DNA of 64,000 nt from Geosiphon pyriformis uo1 (Eukaryota > Fungi > Glomeromycota): positions 624,970 through 688,969 of the forward strand of contig JAAOMT010000400.1 in assembly GCA_016748015.1 (NCBI GenBank), in the 5' to 3' direction. Below the pieces are notes generated by a model. The model ran no database searches, was not told the origin of the DNA, and saw nothing but the letters and a program-made list of their open reading frames with translations. The translations under genes and the position numbers were made by a program. This document shows positions 11,085 to 23,100 of this stretch, one piece after another. Every line of letters starts with the position of its first letter. Position 1 is the stretch's first letter.

Positions 11085-12580
11085 ATATTTAATTTACTAT
11101 TTAATTATTTTTTAAGATTAAAAAACTTTATTAAAAGTTTTATTTAATAATCAAAATTAATTTATATTAGTATTAATCTTCTTAATTATTTAGCCAAAAG
11201 CCAAAGTGAATATTCAGAATCTTAATCAATAAAGAAAACATTTTTGAAATAATAAAAAAAAAAGAAAAAAAAATTACAGACAATAAAAAATAATAATAAA
11301 GAAATAATTATTATTTATATTGCAAAAATTCCTAATTTTTTTGAAAAAAATACTAAAACCAGTTTTCAAAAATAACTTAATTAAGTAATTAAAGCAGAAA
11401 ATACAAATAAATAAGAATAAAATAAAATATTACAAGTCTTTAAAACTGTTTTTTTTAAGTAATTTACAAACAAAAACACTTTAATTATTTTTTAAAACTA
11501 TTTTTAAAATATTAAGCAAGAATTATCTAAATTTGTTATGACTTATATTAAGAAGTTTAACAAACTTTCCCAAAAAATTTGCCAATTAAAAACAAATATT
11601 TATTACTTTAATACTCAAGTTTTAGATTAATTTATTGTTAGTTTAAAGAATAAATTAATCAAAAAAGTTTGCTTATATGTTTTAACAAACTTAGCTATTG
11701 CTATTTAACATGCTAAAAAATTATAAAAGAAACAAATTAAATCAAATTTATTAATTTAATCATTGAAAAAACCAGTTTAATAAATAATAAAAAAAATTAA
11801 CCAATTTACTAAGAAATTTAAAATCTATTTTGTTAATTAATAAAAATATTAACTATTACAAAAACAAAATCAAAAAAATTTATTATCATCTAACAACTAA
11901 TTTCAAACTTTTAATTGCTATTATTATAGAATTTTAGAACATTAAAAATACAATTATAGAAAAATACCAAAAAATTAACAAAAACAAAATAACTAATATT
12001 ATTTTTTTCAATAATAATAATTATATAATCTACTATCTATTTATTATTTACTAAAATTCAAGCTTATTTATTATTAGTCTGCTTTATAATAACTATAATA
12101 GTATTATCGACTATTTTTAATTAATTATTAATATAAAAATTGTCTTAATCCAACTAATTTATATTATAAAACTATTTTTAGTTTAACAATAATAAAATTG
12201 GTTTTAATAATTAATTAATATTTTATAACAATAATTAACAACTATTCAAATACTTTTATACTTAATTTAACTATCTTATAATGTTTAAAAACCAGAATTT
12301 TTATCATACTGTATTTTTAAAAAATAAAATTACAGCACAACAACAAAACTTTTTTTCTAACAATATTACAATTTTACTAGCAAAAATAGCCAAAAATACA
12401 AATATTTTAGACATTTTTTCATTTAAATTTAAAGTAAATAAATTATTTTTTTTACTTAACAATATTTTTACATTAAAACAAAAAACAATCACAACTATAT
12501 ATACAGAAGTTAAAGTTAAAGAAAAACTAATTTGATTAATTTTAGATAATAAATTTGTTAAAAGTATTATTATCTACTAA
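11085..12580 (+). pseudogene. Hyper-mutated relic of a C-family Gypsy gag-protease region
   Basis: ORF 12281-12535 (NILDIFSFKFKVNK..KTITTIYTEVKVKEKLI) is the G>A/C>T-decayed form of C NLSDIFPFEFEANE..KTIMAIYTEAEVEGKTI; 11300-11410 matches C capsid DNA. Confidence 0.75.
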
Positions 12581-12905
12581 TAATAATCTTTAATATAAAT
12601 TTAAATAACTGGTTATATATAAGCAAATCATAAATTGTTTTTTTTATTTTTTATATTTAATAAGTAAAGTTCAAATACTATTTAGTACAATATATCAAAC
12701 TAAGCAATTTAAACTAAGTATAAATTATGTATTTTTTATATGTAACTAGTTACTTAAAACAATATTATATATTTATATACACAAAAACCATATTTTTAAT
12801 ACCTAAAAAAACAAATACAATTTGTGTATATTAAAATTAATTTCAAAACTTTAATAATTTCAAGCAGCTTAATTATATCATTAGACAATATAAACAAAAA
12901 ACCAT

Positions 12906-13740
12906 TATTATAATTCAAAAATTTAGCAAAAAAATCATAAAATAATATAAATTATTTAATCATAATATAACACAGTAATAATCTTAAAAAAATAATGATT
13001 AATATAATAATAAGTATTATTTTACAATAATGATAAGTATTAGCTTGCAATAATAACAAATATTAACTGATAATAGCAGCAAATATCAGATTAAGATATT
13101 AAAAAAAGAGTATTATAATGTGTTTTTTTGTAAAACTACAAATATATATATATATAGTAACTTTAATATTAAAAAAAATAACAATATTATCTAACAAGTT
13201 CATCTAATAATTTCTACTTTAATTATTTTCTAAGCTTTTATTTTTAAAATAAATATTTACAAAAATTTTTAATCAAAAAAAAATGAAAAAAATATTAAAA
13301 ATTAAATTATTATAACTTTAAGTATTAAAAAACTTACTTGTATTATTTACCAAATAAAACTATCATTTATTAGTTAAATCTTTTGAAAAAATAATTTTTG
13401 ATTAAAATTATTTATATTATTACTAATTAATAAAAAACTTTATTATGAAAATTAAGAAAAGTGCTAAAAATTATTAATATTCTATATTTCTAAATTAAAA
13501 AAATGCATTAGACAATTACAAAAATAGTAGATAGATTTTAGTTTAGTCTCTAAAAAAAGTACATAAATATATACAACAATTAGAAATTGAAAAATAATTT
13601 ATATTACAACATTAAAAAAAAAGTCTTTAATATAAACAGTAATATTATTATACAAATAAAATTAAGGAACTTATAAAAGACTGATTGCAATTAAAATAAG
13701 ATATTAAAATTTAATATATCAAAAAAACCATCTTATAATA
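12906..13740 (+). repeat. Hyper-mutated solo LTR, E family
   Basis: Colinear with the reverse complement of 49688-50565 through transitions; flanked by CCAT / TTAT. Confidence 0.8.
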
Positions 13741-14153
13741 TTATTAACAGTCACAAATACTATCTTATTATATAAAATCAAACTATTTTTTTTCTATAAA
13801 AGCATAATGTTTAGAATAAATAAACCAAATATTCAACCTATATGCCAATCTCAAATCATACACAAAATTTATAATTTTACTGCTAGCAATTTTAACATCT
13901 TTAAAAATAAACAAAAATTTATAAAGCTAGTTTTTAAAAATAAAACTTTTATATAAAACAATATATATAATAATATTAAAAAACATAAAAAAAACAGTTA
14001 AAATACACATAATAACAACCAAAGCTTTTTGTCTCTCATCAATCCTCTGGCCATTATGAGAGTGAAAAAAAATATGGAAGAAATCTTTTTATCTTATTCC
14101 TTCTTTCTTTGTTCATTTAAGTCATTTTTTCCAACACATTTATTTTTGTCATA

Positions 14154-16071
14154 ATGGAATCAGTGAGCATGTCTGCTGGTGGTTCTGGTTCATTATCAAT
14201 TGGATTGGGGTCCCACTCTGGTAATAAAGATACCAAAAAAAAGACATGAGTCAATAATGTATACTCTTGTGGTCCTTCTTTCAAGAAGCCAAACAAATCT
14301 GGGGCTTCCAGTGCCATTGTGGATTCATTGACTGGGCCTTTGTCTGCTGAAATATTACAAGCTACTGGTATTAGACACGACAGATCTTAGGGCAGTGAGA
14401 TAGAAAGCGAAGAAAGCAGTGTGAGTGAAGTGTCAGATGTGGAGAACTTGAAGGGCACAGTTATTAAAGAAATGAGCTATATTGACTCCAATGCTTCTGA
14501 AATAAATGACATAATGGATAATGCAACTCTTAAGAAAACACAGACGAAAACTTATGTCTTAGAACAACTGCCAAAGGTACCCTCCTTTGTGGATGTAAGT
14601 AAAGATAATAATGAGTTGGTGCTCCCAGTGCCTAAATTTGTTGGACCCAATTAGCTATTATCTGTCGAGTCACGTGTCCTGAAAAAATGAAGTTTCGAGC
14701 CAGTAAAATTGTTTACATTAGATGTTGAACTATCTGCTATACCTGGAAAAACTAATGGTAATAAGCTTATTATGATTAAAAAGATTTTTTATCGAATAAA
14801 TGGTTTTGGGGGGGCTTCTACTCCCTCAAAATTCCCAGAAATCATTAGATCTTCATTTACTTCTGAGAAAAGTTTGAAAAAAGCAAGAGATTTGGCTGTC
14901 AGTGAGAAAATCTTAGTTAATAATAATGTTAAGCAGGTAAACAAGTGTTCAAATCAGAAAATTATTGTTAAGGAGATTCCTGTTGATCTTCCCAAATCAG
15001 CAGTAGAATTTGTTTACCAAATTTAGCAAAATTGTGTCGATTAAAATGCAACTGATTGGTTTATGGCAAAAAGCTTTGATAGAGTTTAAGTTTTCTGAAA
15101 TAGCTAATTTGGTCGCAGCTGAATGGTCTATTCTCATGGAAAAGAACTCCATTCATGTGGCAAAGGCAGTTAATAACAAACAAACATGAGTATTAAGAAA
15201 CCAACATCAAGCATTGCTATATACACTACCTGTTGGCACTACTGCTTATGATCTTTCTGGCTTATTGGCATCCTATGATAAGAAAATTTGTTTTATCGGT
15301 CATAATTTGGCAATGTATGTTCATGATAAGTGTGCTGTAATTTGTTTTGGTAATGAGACATCCAAATTGGCAGCCATTGGTTTTCTGCCTGTTTTCAAGA
15401 GTGTGAATTTGTATTGGGCTGGTCTCTTTTTGGCTTGTTGCGTTAAATGTAAACAATATGATCATGTTTCTGATTTCTGTTTATTGGGAGGTCTCTCTGG
15501 CATTTGTGGGAAATAGGTGGTAACTCCTCAGGATCAGGTTTGTTTGGCCAATATATATAAGAAGAAACAGGCTCCCATCACTCATCCAGTTTCTTTTGGT
15601 GGTCTCTTCTGGGCAAAGGTTGTTGGTGGGTTTTCTTTCTCTCTTCTCTCTGTTCGAAAGGTTTTGGCTAATGTTGGCTTTTTTTCAGAGATGAAGCCAT
15701 CTCTACCAGTTGTGAATGGAATCAATAATAGGTTTGCTGCTCTTGAGTGTAGTCTCGCCAGCCTTGCAGAACAGGTGGACAAGCTGGCTAAGAGGTTGGA
15801 TGTACTTGGGCCAATGGTTTCTCAGCCTAGCCCTGAATGTCAGCCATTGGTGATCTCTTCATTACAGGATTAAGGGGTGGATGTAGTAATAAGTGAGAGT
15901 TTGGGTGCATCTGCTGGTGGTGTGGCTGTTGTGGAAGTGGTGTCATTTGATATGTCTTCAGTATTAAAGCTGAAAGACAGCATGAAGTGTTTGATAGAAA
16001 TGGTTTTGGGGCTTTCAGCCAAAGTGGATAGTCTTAGTACAGATTTGGTATCACAACCTCCTTTCCAATGA
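14154..16071 (+). pseudogene. LINE ORF1 (RRM-like region, CCHC knuckle, coiled coil), degenerate
   Basis: ATG 14154; IIVKEIPVDLP; CVKCKQYDHVSDFC; RFAALECSLASLAEQVDKLAKRL. Confidence 0.8.
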
Positions 16072-16948
16072 GTGATCTAGTTTGAAAAGTTGCCACCTGT
16101 AATGTTAGGGGAATGAACAATCCTACAAAACAGAATAATATCATGTGTTGGCATAAGGATATAAACAATTTGGTTTCGATTTTAACAGAGACAAAGCTAA
16201 AAGGAAAGATCTGCCCTTGGATTGCTAACAAATTCAGTGGTGTCCGAGTGTTTATCTTAGATTTGAACTCTGGGTACTTGGGTTTGGGTGTTGCTATAGT
16301 TATGAATAATTCTTTGACAAAACATGTGTATAAGGTCTCTAAGGTATCTGGTCATTTTATTTCTATCAAGTTGTTCTTTAGGAATAGATTTTCTGTTTCG
16401 ATTCTAGGGCTCTATGCTGGTGCTTCTTCTGCAATTCGTTTCTTTCAGGCTGATGTTATTAATTTTCTTATTGCCAAAGCTACAAATAAGTCCACTTTTG
16501 TTATTTTTGGTAGTAACTTCAATAAAAATGGCTCTTACAAGTGTGCAAGCTTTAAAAAGTGTTTTAGTCTAGGTCTAGTTAATTCATTGACTAAAAGCTC
16601 AGTGACCAAAATGCCTACATGGGAGAATTCCAGAGGTATTGTTAAGATAATTGACTACATTTTTGTTTCTTTAAATTTGGTTAACACAATTTTGTGCTGT
16701 AATATTCTAGGTGTTGATGAGCACTTTGACATAGATCATTATGCTGTCTCTGTGTCCATGGGTTTGGGAGAACTTTTGAATATGCAGTTGAACTCTTTTC
16801 ACAAACAGGCTAACAGAGATTGCTGAAAGTTTGATGTTAAAAATGCTAATGAGGTTACATGGAATGAGTTCAAGGATGCTATGGCAGCTAATGTTGCTAT
16901 GTTCTCTGATGGGTTTGCTATATCTAAGAGGTATTTGGATCTGGATGC

Positions 16949-17922
16949 TGTTACCGGAGGTTTTTGGTCTCTTTTCTTGAATGTTGTTAATGTTTGTTTG
17001 TTGTGAATTCACGTTTTCTAGAAGTAGTTAAACCTCTAATAACTGAATTTATCTTCAAATTATCTCCTATAATTTGAACTGCTGGGCTTATAAGTGGAAT
17101 GGCCAATTCTGTGCCAGTTACTTTATGTAGTTACATTGTAGTAAATGTCAACTCTTTCCTAGAAATTGCTCGTCTGGAAGCTTACTAAAATGTATAGTTA
17201 CTTTGCTGTGAAAGTCAACTCTTCTACAGGAATCTTGTCTGTAGACTACCCTAATAATTGTAATAAGAAAAGAAAAAAAAAATAAAAGAAATGTAAAAGA
17301 AATAGAATTTTTGTCAAGAGAAACGTTTTCTATCCAGGCCTGGAGTTACTAACAGTTTACTGAAATTGGTAGCTAATCAATTTCGAAATATTAGTTGGGG
17401 ATTTTCCAAGTACAATAATTAAAGAATTTGGTTTTTTTTGAATTATTTGATATTTATTTCTTTTTGTGTGTATAAGAACAGTTTTAAGAAATAAATCTAA
17501 AGTAAGATACATTTTCTCGAAGAGAGAAGCTTTTCTTTTATACAACTTATTGTAACACTATTCTATGAACTTGAACTTTGCTATTTTCTACAATTTCGCT
17601 GAACTAAAGATATATTTCAGCAAACTACAAGTTATTTCTGCGAACTATTAAATATTTCAGTGAACTATCAATTATTTCAGCAAATTTTTACAAATTTCAG
17701 CAAACTTTTGAATATTACATAGTTCAGGGTATTACATGATTGATCATCACAATTAGGTTACATTTGTGTTGTGTACAATTTGGGTTATTAATTAAATGAT
17801 AATTTTGGACATTTTTGCTAATGTAATAAGTGATAATTTGAAATGATAATATATGCTAATTAATGATAAAAATTATAAGATAATTTCATGCTAAATAATA
17901 TCTCTAATTTTGTCTGGTAACA
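16949..17922 (-). repeat. Element C 3' LTR (974 bp)
   Basis: TGTTAC...GTAACA; matches 25834-26814; preceded on the minus strand by PPT GAGGAGGAGG. Confidence 0.95.
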
Positions 17923-18610
17923 TAACCTCCTCCTCAAGACTAAGCTCCATCAAAGTCCAAGTACTGTTTGTCATTTCCAAATAATAATCCAAAATTATTG
18001 AAGAAATTTGGTCTGAAAATTGTTAAAATTTCAGTTTTGTGAGCTTTCCAATGTATTGAATCTTCAAAGGTTGAAAAATTGGGTTTTGTAGTACGTTTTC
18101 ACAGGTGTGGAATAGGTTATAAAGTCTAAGAGCAGCTCTGAGCCTGTAGCGACTGTTTGTTAATCCAGCTGTTGTCTTAAATTCATTGTGGAGTTGTTTC
18201 TGAATAGCTTCTTTTGTAAAGTTTGCTGTTGTAAGTTCCAGTTTCCATTTGTAGAGTGTTTTTTCAATGTAAAAATATCTATAGATTGGAGGATATTCAG
18301 TGTTTTCCTCATTGAGACACAGTTAAAGTCTTTGTTGAATTGTAGCATTTGGTGGAATACTAATCAGAGTGAGCATTAGGTTTTCTCTTAAAGCAAGCTT
18401 TAAAAGTTCTGGCAGGTGAATTCCAGTATAACTTCTTGTGTTCTTCTTATACAGATGATATTTTCGTGAATTTGAGGCTAAATTTGTAACTACTTCTGTT
18501 TGGGTATAATTAATGTGGTTTCCAGTAACAGTAATGGATAATTTGGGTATTGTTTTTAAAGCTAACATTAGTTTTTGGGATAATTGTTGAATGTTTTGAG
18601 GAATAGTCAT
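17891..18610 (-). pseudogene. Element C ORF3, unknown protein (two internal TAA)
   Basis: MTIPQNIQQLSQKL..YPPIYRYFYIEKTL..AALRLYNLF..IQYIGKLT; aligns by eye with ORF3 of A, E and F. Confidence 0.72.
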
Positions 18611-18731
18611 TATAAGCAATTTAAAATAAAAGAAAATTATTTTTGGTGTATGGGTTTTTATGTTATTTTTGTTTTGTTTTTGTGAGATTGTTTCTAAATT
18701 ATAAGAAGATAACTATAATAATAAATTTAAA

Positions 18732-20117
18732 TTAAGTGTTTAAGTTGGGAGGCTGTTCAATGACAACTATTAGTTCTAAATTTCAGGGAATGTCTTTGGG
18801 ATTGATTAAAAGGGAATGTGTACCAATTTGTGGAATTAATGGTTCAGGATTGTTTCTGAAATTATAGTGTTTCAAATGATCTCTATGTGCAACTTTTGCT
18901 AGAATTTTGTCATCAAGTCTTAGCTTATATGATCCGTTGTCTAAAACTTCATGGATAAAGAATAGTCCATCCTATTTATTCTCAAATTTTCCACTCCATT
19001 GTTTTTCAGCTTTAGTTCTGTGTAAGAGAACTTTGTTTCCAATTTTAAATTCATTGGTGACTGGAGGCAATTTGTCATCATGCCATTCTTTTTGTTGAGC
19101 TTGGGAGTGTTCAATATGGGTGGCTGCTATTCGTCGTTTTCCTTCCAATGTGCTAAGTAGAGTGTAGGCTCTTTGTTGAAGCGTTTCTTGGAAATTGTTT
19201 TCATCAATTGGTTGTGTTGGGTATGTTTCCACTATGAAACTAATTGGTAATGTTGCTGTCCTTCCGTAAGTTAAATCAAATAGTGTGTGTTTCATGGTAT
19301 CTTGTTTTAGTGTCCTATATGCTAGTAATACTGATAGAATAAAGAGATTCCATTCTTGTTCAAAATTGGTTGAAACTTTGGCTAATGATTCACACAATGT
19401 TCTGTTAAACCGTTCTACAAGTCTATTTGTTTGTGGATGGTAGGGTGAAAATAATGGTCTCTTGACATTAAATCGTCCACAAATTTTCTGGATTAAATTG
19501 TTCATAAAATGTGTTCTTTGATCAGATAAAAGTTCTATTGGGCATCTATGTCTACAAATAATGTCTTTATAGATAAAGTTTGCTACTGATTTTGCATCTG
19601 CCCATTAAATGGCTCTGACTTCAGGCCATTTGGTAAGATAGTCTATGGCTACTGCAATATAGCGGTTTCCTTGGTTTGTGATAGGTAGTGGTCTGACTAA
19701 ATCGATACCAACTCTGTCAAAAGGCTGTCCAACTTTGATTGGGTTTAAAGATTCTGTAAGACAAGTTCCTTCTCTTCTTTGACAACTATCACAAGATTCG
19801 ATATATTCGTGAATGTCTTTTTTCATTTAAGGCCAAAAGTAGTATTCTAGTGTTCTTTGGGTGGTGCTGTCTTTTCCGAAGTGGGCTGATGAAGAATCTG
19901 AATGCATGTTATATAATATAGTCTCTTTTTTCTGTTCTTGTATTAATCTGAGTGGTATGTCTGGGTTTTTGAAATTTTGATAATAAATAATGTTGTTGTG
20001 TAGAAAATATTGTTTGACTTGTTGTTGTAGTCAATGTCTTTTATCTGAAGACCAATCTGTTGGGATTGTTAATGTTTCCAAATATTGTTTGAGATTGTTG
20101 TAGTTTTCCAAATTCAT
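18732..20117 (-). pseudogene. Element C integrase, separate ORF
   Basis: ATG at 20117 (MNLENY); 462 codons in one frame; CDSC, GIDLV, DYLTKW, YHPQTN. Confidence 0.92.
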
Positions 20118-20169
20118 TGTTTGTTGGTTCTTTTGGTTGGTTAAGTTGATTGTTGGTTTTTGTGTTTTT

Positions 20170-23100
20170 CTAATCTTGTCTCATTCTGGAGAGACAGTCA
20201 ACATTGGTGTGGAGTTTTCCTGGTTTGTGATGTACTATGTATCAATAGTTTGCTAGAAATCCTGTCCATCAGGTTTGTTTTGCATTCAGCTAAGTATTTT
20301 TGTTCTAAAGCCATTTGAGTCCAATATTATCAGTGATAATATCGAATTCTTTAGACCTAAGATAAAGGTTGAAGTGGTGTAGGGCCCAAATTATGGCTGC
20401 TGTTTCTAGTTCTGTGGCAGGGTAGTTTTTTTCAGCTGGTTTTAATGTTCTGCTAGCATAAGCAATTACTCGCTTATTTCTATTGTCATCTAGTTGTGAT
20501 AAGATGGCACCAAAGACAGTATACGAAGCATCTGTAGCTAGTTGAAATTGGTTGTTGAAATCTGGGTAGGCAAGAATTGGAGCTGTTGTCAGTTTTTCCT
20601 TGAGAATTTCAAAAGCTTTTTGGTGTTCGGTAGTCCATTTGTATTCAACATTTTTGGTGATGAGCTGGTTGAGGGGTTTTGCAATTTCCAAGAATCCTTT
20701 AATAAATTTCCGATAGTTGGATGCTAATCCTATGAATCCTCTTAGTTCTGTAGTGTTTCGAGAAGTTTTAAAGTTTTTAACAATGCTGATTTTTTCAGGA
20801 TCTGGTTTGATTCCATCTTTACTAATAATATGACCAAGAAAGACCAGGCTTGTTTTTCCAAAGTAGCATTTTTTGATATTGAGTTTTAGTCCTGCTTTTC
20901 GTAATCATTGAAAAACTTCTTGCAGGTGTTTTAAGTGTAATTCGAACAATGGAGAATAAACATCAGTATCGTCAAGATAAATGACTACTGACTTTCAAAG
21001 AAGTCCTTGGTACACAACATCCATTAATCTCTGAAACATTGCTGGTGCATTGCATAATCCAAAAGGCATTACATTGAACTCATAATTTCCGCCTTGGGTG
21101 GTAAATGCTGTTTTGGAGCGATCTTTGGGATTCATAACAACTTGCCAGTAACTGTTTTCTAAATCTAGTGTTGAAAAGTATTTGGATTTTCTAAGAGCAT
21201 CTAACATGTCATCAATCCGGAGAAAGGGGTAGGCATCTCCAATTGTAACACTGTTGAGTTGTTGATAGTCAACACAAAATCGGATCTTTCCATTTTTCTT
21301 TTTAACTAGCACTACAGGTAAAGCCCAAGGACTCATAGAGAATTGGATGAGCCCATTGTTAAGCATTTGTTGTACTTCTTCTCGGATGAATTGGTGGCTT
21401 CCTGGAGCAACTCGATATGCTTGTTGTCTTCTTGGTTTGGCATCTCCTGTATAAATTTGGTGTTGGACCAAATCAGTTCTTCCTAAGTCATTGTTGTTTT
21501 CAGCAAAGATATCGGCAAATTCTGCAATTAGCTTTTTGAGCTGGGTTTGTTGTTGTGGTTCAAGTTGTCCCATGTTAATTCGAGATAGTTTTTCCATGAC
21601 AACATAATAGTTTTCGGAGCTGGGGTTTGGGTTGATTTTTGGTAATAAATGTTCAATAATTTCAGAGAAATTGGGAACTGTTTGCGGTAATTTTTGTTGA
21701 AATATATTACTGTGAATAACTCCAATTTCTAAACTATTTAATAAAATTATGGGGTAATTATTGGGGTTGTAAAAAGTAACTTAGACTTTCTTTATTCCTT
21801 CTGGAATATAAATGTTTGGAATCGAAATATTATGTTCCAAGCAGACTTGTTCATTGAACTCAAAAATTTGCTGTGTGGTTGTTGGCTTTGGGCAGGTGTA
21901 AATTTCCAGATGTTCTCCAAAGGGTGAGATGGTAATTGGTTGTAGAAGTCTGAAAATCTGGTGAGATTTGTTCTATGTGTTAAAAGCTATATTAACTGGA
22001 ACTGTGAATCATCCAGTTGAACCAAAATCTTGGGTTCCTCTATCACTTTTTCCTAATTGTTCTCTTTAATTAACTAGTTGCAAACCCGAAATGTTGATTA
22101 AGGGTAGGTAAATAGCTTGGACAATTTTTTTAGCATGTTTGATCTTGAATGGTTTATCAGTTTCATTTTGAAGCATCACTGTAATGTCTCCAATATATCC
22201 AGCATCGATTATTCCTCCTCTGACATTGATTTTTTTGCTTGCCAGAAAAGACCAGGAGGTGATTTGAACCATTGCTTCTAGCAGGATTTTGAGTGCAATT
22301 TTGAGGTTGATTTTTGTGAGAAATTTGGGTTTGAGAACAAGAGTATTCTTGCCTGGATATTTTAGGTCATATCCAGCATCAATTTCATGTGCTTTTTCGG
22401 GTTTTATTCTGTGTCCGTTGTTGTTAAAGTATTTAAGTTGTAAGGCAGGCTGATTTTTGATAAGGTAGATAGGTGTTGTTTCAATTTTTTCCATTGCTTC
22501 AGGTTCTCTAAATTCAATTTCGTTCTCATTATTTTCGCTGGACAAGGGGATACTAAGAGCGTAGCATTCAGGACACCACTGTTCATTGCAAGGCATAATG
22601 CATTCTTCACATAGCCTAATGTTCATTTGCTCTAATTATTGAATTTGAGCTTCTTGGGTTGGATAAGTGTGACTTGCAATTTGGTGGTAGACTTCTACTT
22701 TGTCTTCATAATTAAATCCAGCTAATTCTATGGTGTATTCAATGTATTCTGCTTCCTTCATTTGACGAACATCTTCTTTGGTAGCTCCATTAATTAATGC
22801 TATTGCTAGGTCGAAAATCATCTCAGCATCATAAGAGTAGTAATAAAGTTTGTTGAGAGCACTGTTGTATGCTGCATTAAAGGGTGTTCCTTTTTTTACT
22901 TTTTCTGAAATTGATAAAGCATATTGGCAGGTCTGATCACAAACTCCTCCTCTCATGGCTACATCAATCCAATTGCATTTTTCTGGTAGCATATCTCCAC
23001 AAGTCAAACAAGGGGTGTTGTCCCATTTTCCGCTCCTTTTTATTAGATGGCCCCATCGTTCTCTGTGGCAAGCCTTGCAGTAATAACAAGTATGATTTTC

